This document shows positions 10,378 to 19,756 of a DNA stretch of 64,000 nt, piece after piece (positions within the stretch are counted from its first letter, which is position 1; each line of letters starts with the position of its first letter). Both the position numbers and the translations under genes were made by a program. The DNA is taken from assembly GCA_910580185.1 (NCBI GenBank), contig CAJTWC010000002.1, positions 16,863 through 80,862 of the forward strand, in the 5' to 3' direction. The notes under the pieces were generated by a model. It saw nothing but the letters and a program-made list of their open reading frames with translations, searched no databases and had not been told where the DNA came from. The DNA is from an uncultured Bacilli bacterium (lineage in GTDB: Bacteria > Bacillota_I > Bacilli_A > RF39 > UBA660).

Positions 10378-10998
10378 TCATGTTTCTGCTATAAGCTTTC
10401 TTAACCTTATAACAAATTCTTCTTTATTATCTAAAATACTTCGTAGTTCATTTAAATATTTTTTATATTTTTCATCCTCAAAGAAGAATTTAACATAGCC
10501 ATCTTTAGAAAACTTCTTCATCGCATGTTTGTAACACTCTTCAATTGTTTCATCTTGACTCAATCCATTAAAATGGTCAATACTATATAAATATATTCTT
10601 CTTAACGAATCATCAATATCAATATTTCTATCTGCGGACGATACTAATTTACCATAAATATTTCTAGGTTCTCTATCCAATGAAGCTCTATGATCTTCTA
10701 TTGCTTCTTTCATTATTTTTAATTGTGCTTCATCAAAAAACTTTCTCAAGTTTTTGTCTTCATACATAATTTGAGCTGAAACAATTTCATGTTTTTTAGA
10801 ATCTATATGATAACCAATATCGTGATAGGCTGCTATCACATATAACATATTAAAATCAATATTTTTACCTTTACCTAACTCAAAACATCTATTAATAACG
10901 TAGTTAATATGGTCAATTTGATGACCAGTATTATTTTTTTTATATTGTGGAAATACATTTTGTTCTATATATTCTTTTAATTTTTCATCTAAAAACAT
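10378..10998 (-). CDS. HD domain phosphohydrolase
   Basis: H...HD motif (AAYHDIGYH), further downstream His/Asp residues (EDHRASLD), 206 aa. Confidence 0.6.
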   Translation of the reverse strand: MFLDEKLKEYIEQNVFPQYKKNNTGHQIDHINYVINRCFELGKGKNIDFNMLYVIAAYHDIGYHIDSKKHEIVSAQIMYEDKNLRKFFDEAQLKIMKEAIEDHRASLDREPRNIYGKLVSSADRNIDIDDSLRRIYLYSIDHFNGLSQDETIEECYKHAMKKFSKDGYVKFFFEDEKYKKYLNELRSILDNKEEFVIRLRKLIAET

Positions 10999-11125
10999 AA
11001 AAAATCCCCTACCTTGATATGAACATTATATCATATTTTTATAGTTAAAATGAAAAAGCATCGGGAAATATTTTCTGATGCCTATTTATATCAAAGTTCA
11101 AATAATATAAACATATTTACTTAAT

Positions 11126-11489
11126 GGTGGAGCTGACGAGAGTCGAACTCGTGTCCGAAAAATAGTCCACTATGGCCTCTACAAGTTTAGTTAGTAATTA
11201 AAGTTTAATTAGATGATAAAGGTAACTAACATACCCACCAAATAACGAGTTTAGTATTATTCATTAGCTTACCCTAAACAAATAAGCTAATATAACTCAC
11301 TAAAAATGAGCCTCTTTAAAAATCCGTGAGTAAAACTTAAAAAGAAGCGCTTTCTCTATTAGAGACTAGGCAGCACAAGCTGCGAAAGCATAATTATTTG
11401 TTTTGTTATTTATTTTTGTTTGCACGTAAGGAGTGCCTTCCACTTGCAGCTATAGATTCATATGTTCCGTCGAAACCAATAACAGCCCC
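11126..11489 (-). ncRNA. ssrA: tmRNA (SsrA), about 364 nt
   Basis: 5' end GGGGCUGUUAUUGGUUUCGACGG and 3' T-arm/acceptor GGACACGAGUUCGACUCUCGUCAGCUCCACCA read on the minus strand; internal tag-like frame ending ...NNYAFAACAA-UAG. Confidence 0.85.
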
Positions 11490-11535
11490 ATAAATAAATA
11501 ACAAACATATTATAACACATATTTATATTTTTTAA

Positions 11536-11564
11536 TTGTTTATTTTTGTCATATTATGTATAAT
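11536..11564 (+). promoter_or_regulatory. Sigma-A promoter (TTGTTT-17-TATAAT) for the downstream phosphodiester glycosidase gene
   Basis: Hexamers with 17-nt spacer about 20 nt upstream of GGTGGT SD and ATG 11583. Confidence 0.45.
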
Positions 11565-11582
11565 TAACTTAGGTGGTAGAAT

Positions 11583-12860
11583 ATGAAGGATAAGAAAGAA
11601 AAAATGAAATGCTTTTGGTTTAGGGTATTGCCAATAATATTAATACCTATATTAGGAAGTATGACAATTGTATCAACCCATTCAACTAGGCTTATAATAA
11701 AGCCAGTAAACTATATAGTATATATATTACTTTCACTATTTATATATATGTTAATAGTAGGATTCTTTATTTTAAGAAAAAGAAAAAAAGAAAAAACAAA
11801 GAAAGCTAAAATAAAAAGAATAATATTAAGTATTATCGCGACATTATACATATTATGCGCCTGCGCTTGCTTATTCTTGTTATATGGACCATATGATAAA
11901 TTTAGAACTTGGTTTATATCAACATCCATGAGCACGATGAGCCATCAATATATATGTCAGTGGTTTTATAGTGACGAAGAAATTAATAAAGTTATAAATA
12001 GCAATTATATGGTTGAAGTAAATGAAGAAACTAATACTGATTTAATTGATATGGAAGAAGAAACATATGCTAACGAATATGAAAAACAAATCTTACAAAG
12101 AGACAAAGATGCAGACTATAAAATAATTGAACTAGAAGTAAATGGACAAAAAGCTTATTTAGCAGCCGTATATGATCCATCTAAAGTTAAGGTAGCAACA
12201 TCAAGAGGTGTTGGAACAACTGGGCAATATGCAACTAAAATAGCAGAACAAAATAACGCAATACTTGCCGTTAATGGTGGTGGTTTTGGAAATGCTCCTG
12301 GAAATCAAACTGGAGGGCGACCAACTGGGGTTACACTTGCAGGTGGTAAAGTTATAACTGATAATACATATTCATCAGATGCTCAATCTGGCGGATTAAT
12401 TGGTATGACTTATGATAATAAATTAGTTTTAATCAAAAATGCTACAGCAGCAAAAGCTAGAAATATGAATGTTCGTGATGGTGTTTCATGGGGACCATTT
12501 TTAATAGTCAATGGCAAAAAGTCATTTATCAAAGGTAATGGTGGATGGGGATATGCTGCCAGAACCGCAATTGGTCAAAGAAGCGATGGTATAATACTTC
12601 TTCTTGCAGTAAATAGTAATTCCACTAGAACAAAAGGCGCTGATATGGGCGATTTAACAGAGATAATGAGTAATTATGGTGCTGTTAATGCATCAAACCT
12701 AGATGGTGGTACATCAACCGTTATGATTCTTCCTAAAAAAGAAGCTTTAAAATATAGATCTGATTGTACTGATGCTTATTGTTATATAAACGATCCTGTT
12801 GATTCAGCATTAAGACATAAAACACGTGGTATACCTACTACTATAATTGTTACAAAGTAA
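11583..12860 (+). CDS. Phosphodiester glycosidase family protein (NAGPA-like, DUF2233), N-terminal membrane anchor
   Basis: N-terminal TM helices, then ...AVNGGGFGNAPG... and ...NLDGGTSTVM... motifs characteristic of this family. Confidence 0.5.
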   Translation: MKDKKEKMKCFWFRVLPIILIPILGSMTIVSTHSTRLIIKPVNYIVYILLSLFIYMLIVGFFILRKRKKEKTKKAKIKRIILSIIATLYILCACACLFLLYGPYDKFRTWFISTSMSTMSHQYICQWFYSDEEINKVINSNYMVEVNEETNTDLIDMEEETYANEYEKQILQRDKDADYKIIELEVNGQKAYLAAVYDPSKVKVATSRGVGTTGQYATKIAEQNNAILAVNGGGFGNAPGNQTGGRPTGVTLAGGKVITDNTYSSDAQSGGLIGMTYDNKLVLIKNATAAKARNMNVRDGVSWGPFLIVNGKKSFIKGNGGWGYAARTAIGQRSDGIILLLAVNSNSTRTKGADMGDLTEIMSNYGAVNASNLDGGTSTVMILPKKEALKYRSDCTDAYCYINDPVDSALRHKTRGIPTTIIVTK

Positions 12861-12884
12861 AAGATTCCAAATAAGGAATCTTTT

Positions 12885-13358
12885 TTAGTCTTCACATGTA
12901 GCACCTAATGATTTATACATTGTTTTTAAGCCATCTACGGTAAGTTCATTGTTATCATTCATGTAATTTTTTAATACACTATTATCATTAGCAAATCTAG
13001 CTAAATCCATTACAGAATAATCAATCTCAACATTAGAAGTTACGTTGTTATTATCTTTTACTATTTCATACTTATAACCACCATATTCTTTACTATAAGT
13101 ACCATATGTAGAATTTAGTGTTGTCTCAAAAGTATCTAAAATAGCTTCTTGATCACTTGTTACAGTTTCTTTTGTCTTTACACTTTTAACAACGTCACCT
13201 TTAGCATAAATATTATATTCAGATTTTATTTCATAACCATTTGCTAAATTATTTTGACTAGCCGTGCATTTAATTACTCTTTCTTCTTGTTTAGTACCAC
13301 AACCACAAAGTAAAGTAACAACTAGCAATGCTACAAACACTTTCACTATATTTTTCAT
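12885..13358 (-). CDS. Lipoprotein (possibly YehR/DUF1307-like)
   Basis: Signal peptide with lipobox LLCGC; 157 aa. Confidence 0.45.
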   Translation of the reverse strand: MKNIVKVFVALLVVTLLCGCGTKQEERVIKCTASQNNLANGYEIKSEYNIYAKGDVVKSVKTKETVTSDQEAILDTFETTLNSTYGTYSKEYGGYKYEIVKDNNNVTSNVEIDYSVMDLARFANDNSVLKNYMNDNNELTVDGLKTMYKSLGATCED

Positions 13359-13401
13359 CTTACTCCTCCTTTATACCTTGATTATATCATAAAAGCACGA
13401 A

Positions 13402-13842
13402 TTAGTATCGTGCTTTTATTCTTTCTAAATCTCTTTTGATATCTTTTTCTTTTATTGACTGTCTTTTATCATATAACTTTTTACCACGGGCTACGCCAAG
13501 TAATATTTTGGCTTTACCCTCTTTTAAATATAATTTAACAGGAACTAGAGAATAACCTTCTTTTTCTACTTTATCCCTTATTTTATATATTTCTTTTTTA
13601 TGTAAAAGAAGTTTTCTTTCCCTTCTTTCATCATGGTTAAAACGATTACCCTCTTCATAAGTAGCTATAAACATGTTGGTTAAAAAAACTTCTCCGTTCT
13701 TAACTCTTGCATAGCTATCTTTTAAATTACAACTTCCTTTTCTAATTGATTTTATTTCAGTGCCAGTTAAAACAATCCCACATTCATAAGTATCTTCTAT
13801 AAAATAATCAAAAGAAGCTTTTTTATTTTTTATTTCTACCAT
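13402..13842 (-). CDS. smpB: SsrA-binding protein SmpB
   Basis: [27 protein letters not shown]... canonical SmpB N-terminus, 146 aa. Confidence 0.9.
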   Translation of the reverse strand: MVEIKNKKASFDYFIEDTYECGIVLTGTEIKSIRKGSCNLKDSYARVKNGEVFLTNMFIATYEEGNRFNHDERRERKLLLHKKEIYKIRDKVEKEGYSLVPVKLYLKEGKAKILLGVARGKKLYDKRQSIKEKDIKRDLERIKARY

Positions 13843-13920
13843 TATCTCACCCCTGTAATATATATTTAAAACAGACTGATATCATTATAATATAATTTTA
13901 TATTATTTAAAAGCTTATAA

Positions 13921-16062
13921 TTAATTTTCCTTTTCTTCTTCATTTTCCACAGTATTATTTTGGTTTTTAATTTCAAAGTCAATAAATGCTTCTTCTTTTG
14001 AAGCAGATTTACATATTACGGTTACTTCATCACCTATTCTATATCTTTTTTTAGTTTTTTGTCCTATTAAAGACATTGTTCTTTCATCGTAATTATAATA
14101 ATCTCCTGATATATCACTTATATGAACTAAACCTTCTATCATATTAGGAAGCTGAATAAACATACCAAATGATGTTACACCACTTATTATTCCAGTAAAT
14201 TCTTCACCAACATGATCCATCATGTATTCAGCCATTTTCATATCTTCTACTTCTCTTTCACATTCAATGGCATCCCTTTCCTTTAATGAAGCGTGCTCTG
14301 TTAAAACAGGTAAATATTCTCTAAAGTAATCAACTGTTTTCTTAGACTCATCATTTTCATATAAATACGTTCTAAGTAATCTATGAACCGTAGTATCCGG
14401 AAACCTTCTAATAGGTGAAGTAAAATGTGTATATATCTTACTTGCAAGACCAAAGTGACCTATGTTTTCTGGTTGGTATACTGCCTTTTGCATTGCCCTT
14501 AGCATTAGAGAAGATAATATCTTATATTCTTTCTTATCTTTTAATTGATCTAATATATTTTGAATAGAAGATGGATACTGTATATTTACCTTACCTGTTA
14601 TTTTATATCCTAAAGAACTTACAAAATCTAAAAAATCATTTACTTTTTCTTCTTTAGGCGTTCCATGAACACGATATACAAAAGGAAGTTCCATATAAAA
14701 TACGTGTTGTGCAACCGTTTCGTTTGCAGCAATCATAAAATCTTCTATCATCATTTCACCAGACGCACGTTCTCTTAATATTACATCTACTGGTTTTCCT
14801 GTTTCATCTGCAATTATTTTAGCTTCATCAGTTCCGAAGTCTATCGCACCACGAGCCTCTCTATTTTGTCTTAGTATGTCAGCAAGTTCTTTCATAAGTG
14901 TTAGCTTTTCAGTATATGGCTCATAACCAACTTCTGTAATACCTTCATCTAACCATTTGTTAACTTTTTTATAAGTCATTTGAATGTTAGACTTTATAAC
15001 ACTTTCAAAGATCTCATGAGATACAACATTACCCTTATTATCTATTTCCATCACGCAGCTTTGTGCTAAACGTTCTACGTTTGGATTTAAAGAACATATT
15101 CCATTAGATAACTTATGTGGAAGCATAGGAATTACTCTATCTACTAAGTATACACTGGTTCCTCTTTCATATGCTTCATCATAAAGTTTAGTTCCTGGCT
15201 TAACGTAATAAGATACATCTGCAATATGAACACCTAATTCATAATTACCATTATCAAGTTTTCTAATTGAAATAGCATCATCAATATCCTTTGTATCATC
15301 ACCATCAATCGTAAAGATAACCTCACCAGTTAAATCTTTCCTACCTATTTTGTCTTCATCCCTAACCTCATCTGGAATATCATCCAATTCCTCTAATACT
15401 TCATCTGGAAACTTAGGAGAAAACATATGTTTATAAACTATTGCTTCTATATCTACACCAACGTCATTTTTGTGTCCTATTATATTTGTTATTTCTGCTA
15501 AAACAGTGTTTCTATCAAGTTCTTTTATAACGTTTGCAACAACTATATGACCATCTACTGCGTTTTTAGTACTTTCTTTAGTTAAGACTACCTTTTGTTT
15601 AAATTTTCTATCATTTGATATGATTGTTGGTTTACCTTCATTATATACATATTCTCCAACTACCGGTCCATAGTTTCTAGAAGCAATACGAAGTACTCTT
15701 CCTTCTTTTTTTGCACCAGTATTTTTATCTGTTATTTCCGCAATAACCATATCTCCATCAACCGCTCCATTTAAATGCTTATTATCAACGTGAATATCTT
15801 CTTCACCTTCCATAATAATAAATCCAAAACCTTTTTCAGAAACAGATATTTTACCCTTTTTTAAATGACTATATTCAAAAGCCATGTATTTATCTTTATT
15901 AGTATGATATATTGTTAAATTACCTTCTAATTCATTTAATATTTTTAACATGCTCTCTATTTCTTCAGTTGTATTAAGACCTAATATATCTTTAAGTTCA
16001 AATGCAGTATAAGCTTTTTCTTCCCTTTTTAGTATATTTAATATTCTATCTCTCATGTACAT
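13921..16062 (-). CDS. rnr: Ribonuclease R
   Basis: 713 aa; RNB catalytic region (DDAISI, ...) and C-terminal S1 domain; conserved position upstream of smpB. Confidence 0.9.
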   Translation of the reverse strand: MYMRDRILNILKREEKAYTAFELKDILGLNTTEEIESMLKILNELEGNLTIYHTNKDKYMAFEYSHLKKGKISVSEKGFGFIIMEGEEDIHVDNKHLNGAVDGDMVIAEITDKNTGAKKEGRVLRIASRNYGPVVGEYVYNEGKPTIISNDRKFKQKVVLTKESTKNAVDGHIVVANVIKELDRNTVLAEITNIIGHKNDVGVDIEAIVYKHMFSPKFPDEVLEELDDIPDEVRDEDKIGRKDLTGEVIFTIDGDDTKDIDDAISIRKLDNGNYELGVHIADVSYYVKPGTKLYDEAYERGTSVYLVDRVIPMLPHKLSNGICSLNPNVERLAQSCVMEIDNKGNVVSHEIFESVIKSNIQMTYKKVNKWLDEGITEVGYEPYTEKLTLMKELADILRQNREARGAIDFGTDEAKIIADETGKPVDVILRERASGEMMIEDFMIAANETVAQHVFYMELPFVYRVHGTPKEEKVNDFLDFVSSLGYKITGKVNIQYPSSIQNILDQLKDKKEYKILSSLMLRAMQKAVYQPENIGHFGLASKIYTHFTSPIRRFPDTTVHRLLRTYLYENDESKKTVDYFREYLPVLTEHASLKERDAIECEREVEDMKMAEYMMDHVGEEFTGIISGVTSFGMFIQLPNMIEGLVHISDISGDYYNYDERTMSLIGQKTKKRYRIGDEVTVICKSASKEEAFIDFEIKNQNNTVENEEEKEN

Positions 16063-16089
16063 TCTCCTATTCTATTTATATTATAAAAC

Positions 16090-16119
16090 AAAAAAAGACT
16101 AATACACTAGTCTTTTTTT
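16090..16119. terminator. Bidirectional hairpin terminator between secG and rnr
   Basis: aaaaaaagacta-atacac-tagtcttttttt palindrome flanked by A/T runs. Confidence 0.45.
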
Positions 16120-16143
16120 AAAACTTACACTTTATATACATTA

Positions 16144-16353
16144 TTACATATCTAAAATAATGCATAATACGAAGAATAATATTCCCAAAACATAAGTTGC
16201 TCTAGTAATAAACAGCTCTCCACCACGTTCTTTTCTATTCATAAATAAATCAGCATTACCACCAGTTATTATGTTTCCACTTTCAGCTTTTCCACTTTGT
16301 AGTAAAACTATAATAATAAGTAAAACGGATATAATCATTAATACTGTAAGCAC
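16144..16353 (-). CDS. secG: Preprotein translocase subunit SecG
   Basis: 69 aa, two TM segments, LLQSGKAESGNIITGG motif. Confidence 0.7.
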   Translation of the reverse strand: MLTVLMIISVLLIIIVLLQSGKAESGNIITGGNADLFMNRKERGGELFITRATYVLGILFFVLCIILDM

Positions 16354-16415
16354 GAGTATTCCTCCTTAACTAATAGATAGTTTACCATATTATATATGAA
16401 ATAGCAAATTAAATA

Positions 16416-18308
16416 TTAATTATTATTAATCTTTTTAATCATTTCTACGTTATATGTATTATATTCTTCTGGCATACCATTCCATTTTCCACGGCATGAT
16501 ATCGTATTTTTTACAATTCTACCATTTTCTAATTCCTGTTCTGCAACCCAAGTTGATGTTCCGTCAAAATTCACATAAAATTTTCCATCTGGGGTTTGAC
16601 TAATAATTCCCTCTCCATCTGATAAAACCCTTCTCTCATGCACAACGCCAAACTTTTCCTCCTTATATATAGTATGAGCAGAATTTTCTAACAAAATAAA
16701 ATTTTCTCTTATCGTTGGTTCTACATTTTGTTTAGTAGTTTGCATCATCAACTCTTTCATCTCTTTTTCAGTTTTATTAACTAATTCAGAATAGATTTTA
16801 ACACAATAAATATCTTCTGGATTTTTTGATACTTTATTATTTATAAAATTATTTAATCTATACCAACGTAATTCAGGTGGGCATATAAACCCAATTTCAT
16901 TTCTTAAATCATCCGCTAAGTTTTCATAACCAGCTTCAATAAGTAATTTTTCTATATTATCTGCGACTTGATATACATCTCTTTCCTTTACCTCTTCTTT
17001 ATTATCAACAGAAGATGAGTATTTATCAGTCTCTTGCATTTGAATGTTACCACTATCGCCATCTTCATAAATATAATTATCACCTGGCGCTACATCATAA
17101 TCTTCTATTCTAGTAGTAGTACTTTCTACAGTATGAGTAGTTACTCTAGACTCTTTTCCTCCTGATTTCCTAGTTGTAGTAGTTTCTTCCCCAAAATCTG
17201 ATCCAAAGATTTCATCTGTTTTGCTAGACTTCGTAGGTACTTTATGACTCATTTCATGCCCTACTACAACACTTTGGTTAAACAAATTATTAACCATTTC
17301 TGCCTGAAAATTAGGTATTAATTTATCATTTATCTGTTTTTCTATTCCTTTTAATAATAATTCATCTTGATCAGCATCTTTTCTATATTCCGATTCTGGA
17401 ATAGCTTTAGTATACATAGGCTTATTATAATTCTTTAAATATGATAGCATAAGAACCTTTAAATCATCTGGAACACTTCGCTCATTTTCTATATCAAACT
17501 TAATTTTTTCGTAGTCGGTGTCATATAATATTTTATCACTTTCTAGTTTTTTAATAATTTCCACATATTTATAAACTACCGAAGTAGTAATATTTTTTTC
17601 TGAATAATGGTATAGAATCAAACTTATTAATTTTGATAATTTGTCATTAGGTTTCATGCTTTTTAACGTAGAAATCAACATATTATTAATAATTGATACG
17701 TTTTCTACATATTCTGTAGCTTTAGTTCTAGAAAGATCTAATATTTTCCCAATATTATCCTGGTTTATAATATTTTTGCCAGAACTATTATTTTTAAAGT
17801 CCAATACTTCACCTAACGTATATTTTGGAAGGACTAAATCAAGACCTTGCAAAGAATGATAACTATCAGATAATGCATTGTTTGTTTCCATTCCATTTTG
17901 AAAATTATCTAAGGATATAGGTTCTATTTCGCTAATTTGATTTTTATCTTTATTAGATTCAGCGGCTTTAAGAAAAGAGTTACCATCTTTCAAATAATCT
18001 AGTAGTTGTTGATCTTCTTTTGATAACATTTGAGAATATGGTGTGGTTACATCTAATGGCGGTGCAATAAATCGCTGTAATGAGGTTAAATAACCACGCG
18101 GAATATTTTTTTCACAATTTCTAAGTAAAGATTTAGTATAATTTTTCTCACCAAATTTAACTATACCACCATAAATTTCTTTCATATCATTCAATGAAAT
18201 CATTTTGTCACTATTTTTATATTTTGAAATAATATGCATAATGGTGTTACGTAAATCACGTCTAGATTCTATTTTAATATTTTCGCCTTTTATATTCTTA
18301 TTTTTCAT
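16416..18308 (-). CDS. Uncharacterised 630-aa protein (paralog of ORF 29370-30620 over its first 430 residues; extra 200-aa C-terminal domain)
   Basis: Shared motifs with the 416-aa ORF (IPNFQ[AS]E; Thr-rich tract; [ED]YDVxPGxxY.D); HEMSH string not conserved in the paralog; no signal peptide. Confidence 0.5.
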   Translation of the reverse strand: MKNKNIKGENIKIESRRDLRNTIMHIISKYKNSDKMISLNDMKEIYGGIVKFGEKNYTKSLLRNCEKNIPRGYLTSLQRFIAPPLDVTTPYSQMLSKEDQQLLDYLKDGNSFLKAAESNKDKNQISEIEPISLDNFQNGMETNNALSDSYHSLQGLDLVLPKYTLGEVLDFKNNSSGKNIINQDNIGKILDLSRTKATEYVENVSIINNMLISTLKSMKPNDKLSKLISLILYHYSEKNITTSVVYKYVEIIKKLESDKILYDTDYEKIKFDIENERSVPDDLKVLMLSYLKNYNKPMYTKAIPESEYRKDADQDELLLKGIEKQINDKLIPNFQAEMVNNLFNQSVVVGHEMSHKVPTKSSKTDEIFGSDFGEETTTTRKSGGKESRVTTHTVESTTTRIEDYDVAPGDNYIYEDGDSGNIQMQETDKYSSSVDNKEEVKERDVYQVADNIEKLLIEAGYENLADDLRNEIGFICPPELRWYRLNNFINNKVSKNPEDIYCVKIYSELVNKTEKEMKELMMQTTKQNVEPTIRENFILLENSAHTIYKEEKFGVVHERRVLSDGEGIISQTPDGKFYVNFDGTSTWVAEQELENGRIVKNTISCRGKWNGMPEEYNTYNVEMIKKINNN

Positions 18309-18386
18309 ATAATAATCACCAATTTAATTTTACCATAATTATATATTTTTTTCATTTTTTTTAATATTTTATGTAAACAAAAAGAA

Positions 18387-19616
18387 CTAATCTTCTAGTT
18401 CTTCTTCTATTCTTATTAATTGATTATACTTACATACTCTATCAGTTCTAGACATAGAACCAGTTTTAATTTGTCCTAAATCAAGACCTACTGCTAAATC
18501 GGCAATAGTAGTATCTTCTGTTTCACCACTTCTATGTGAAATAATTGTTTTATAACCATGACTTCTTGCAAGTTCTATGGTTTCTAAAGTTTCAGTAATA
18601 GAACCGATTTGATTAACTTTAAGTAAAATTGCATTACCAGCTTTTAAATCAATACCCTTTTGTAAGCATTCTTTATTAGTAACAAATAAATCATCACCAA
18701 CTAATTGTACTTTATCTCCTATTTCTTTAGTTATCTTAGTAAATCCTTCCCAATCATTTTCATCTACTGGGTCTTCAATAGAAATAATTGGATACTTATC
18801 TACTAATTCTTTGTAAAATTCAATTAATTCATCCGTAGTAAGACTTCTTCCTTCACCTACTAGATTATACTTACCATCTTTATAAAACTCTGATGCCGCT
18901 ACGTCTATTCCTAATTTAACATCAATGCCTGGTTCGTACCCAGCTTTTTTAATTGCTTCCATTATAAGTTCAAAACCTTCGGTATTTGAGTCTAAATCTG
19001 GAGCAAAACCACCTTCATCACCTACACCAGTAGATAATCCTCTTTCGTTTAGTACGCTTTTTAATGCATGGAATACTTCTGCACCAACTCTAACTCTTTC
19101 TTTTATTGTATCCCTTTGTGGAATTATCATGAATTCTTGAAAATCAAGCTTATTATCAGCATGCGCACCGCCATTTATAATATTCATCATAGGTTTTGGT
19201 AGCGTTTTGCCTTCTCCTATATATCTGTAAAGTGGCATATTTTTCGCTTTTGCTGCAGCTTTTAATACAGCCATTGAAACACCAAGAATAGCATTTGCAC
19301 CTAAATTACTCTTGGTTTTAGTACCATCTAGTTCAAGCATAGCTGTATCTACTGCCCTTTGATCAAACACATCCATACCTACTACAACTGGTTTAATCTT
19401 TTCATTAACATTGTTAACAGCATTTAAAACACCTTTACCACCAAATCTAGATTTGTCACCATCTCTCATTTCTAGTGCTTCTCTTTCACCGGTTGAAGCT
19501 CCTGATGGAACAGCTGCTCTTGCCATTATTCCATTTTCTAAGACAACATCTACTTCTACAGTAGGATTACCTCTAGAATCTAAAATTTCTCTTGCTTTTA
19601 CATCAGTAATTTTCAT
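18387..19616 (-). CDS. eno: Enolase (phosphopyruvate hydratase)
   Basis: Canonical N-terminus [22 protein letters not shown]..., SHRSGETED motif. Confidence 0.95.
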   Translation of the reverse strand: MKITDVKAREILDSRGNPTVEVDVVLENGIMARAAVPSGASTGEREALEMRDGDKSRFGGKGVLNAVNNVNEKIKPVVVGMDVFDQRAVDTAMLELDGTKTKSNLGANAILGVSMAVLKAAAKAKNMPLYRYIGEGKTLPKPMMNIINGGAHADNKLDFQEFMIIPQRDTIKERVRVGAEVFHALKSVLNERGLSTGVGDEGGFAPDLDSNTEGFELIMEAIKKAGYEPGIDVKLGIDVAASEFYKDGKYNLVGEGRSLTTDELIEFYKELVDKYPIISIEDPVDENDWEGFTKITKEIGDKVQLVGDDLFVTNKECLQKGIDLKAGNAILLKVNQIGSITETLETIELARSHGYKTIISHRSGETEDTTIADLAVGLDLGQIKTGSMSRTDRVCKYNQLIRIEEELED

Positions 19617-19756
19617 TTTTCATCCTCCATTCATTATATAATCATTATAACATTTTATTCGTTTAAAATAAAGATATTATAGTAATGTGTAAATTGACTT
19701 TATATATAATTTTACGGTATAATATAGTACTAGAATATAAAAGGGGAGGGGATATA

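Noticed and set aside
7956-11126. A genomic island integrated at the ssrA 3' end, bounded by a direct repeat of the tmRNA 3' terminus
   Set aside because: I scanned the intergenic regions downstream of ssrA (about 7.9-11.1 kb) for a copy of the tmRNA 3' end (e.g. ...CGAACTCGTGTCC / GAGAGTCGAAC) and found none. No integrase gene is present either.
16416-18308. HEMSH in the 630-aa protein as a zinc metalloprotease (HEXXH) active site
   Set aside because: The motif is not conserved in the paralog (RIRYT at the aligned position) and there is no downstream third zinc ligand pattern. It is treated as coincidental.
19685-19756. ORF-track N-terminal extension of the FemAB-like gene (MCKLTLYIILRYN...)
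   Set aside because: No SD precedes it, whereas a GGGGAGGGG SD sits 6 nt upstream of the internal ATG at 19757, which also matches the family N-terminus.
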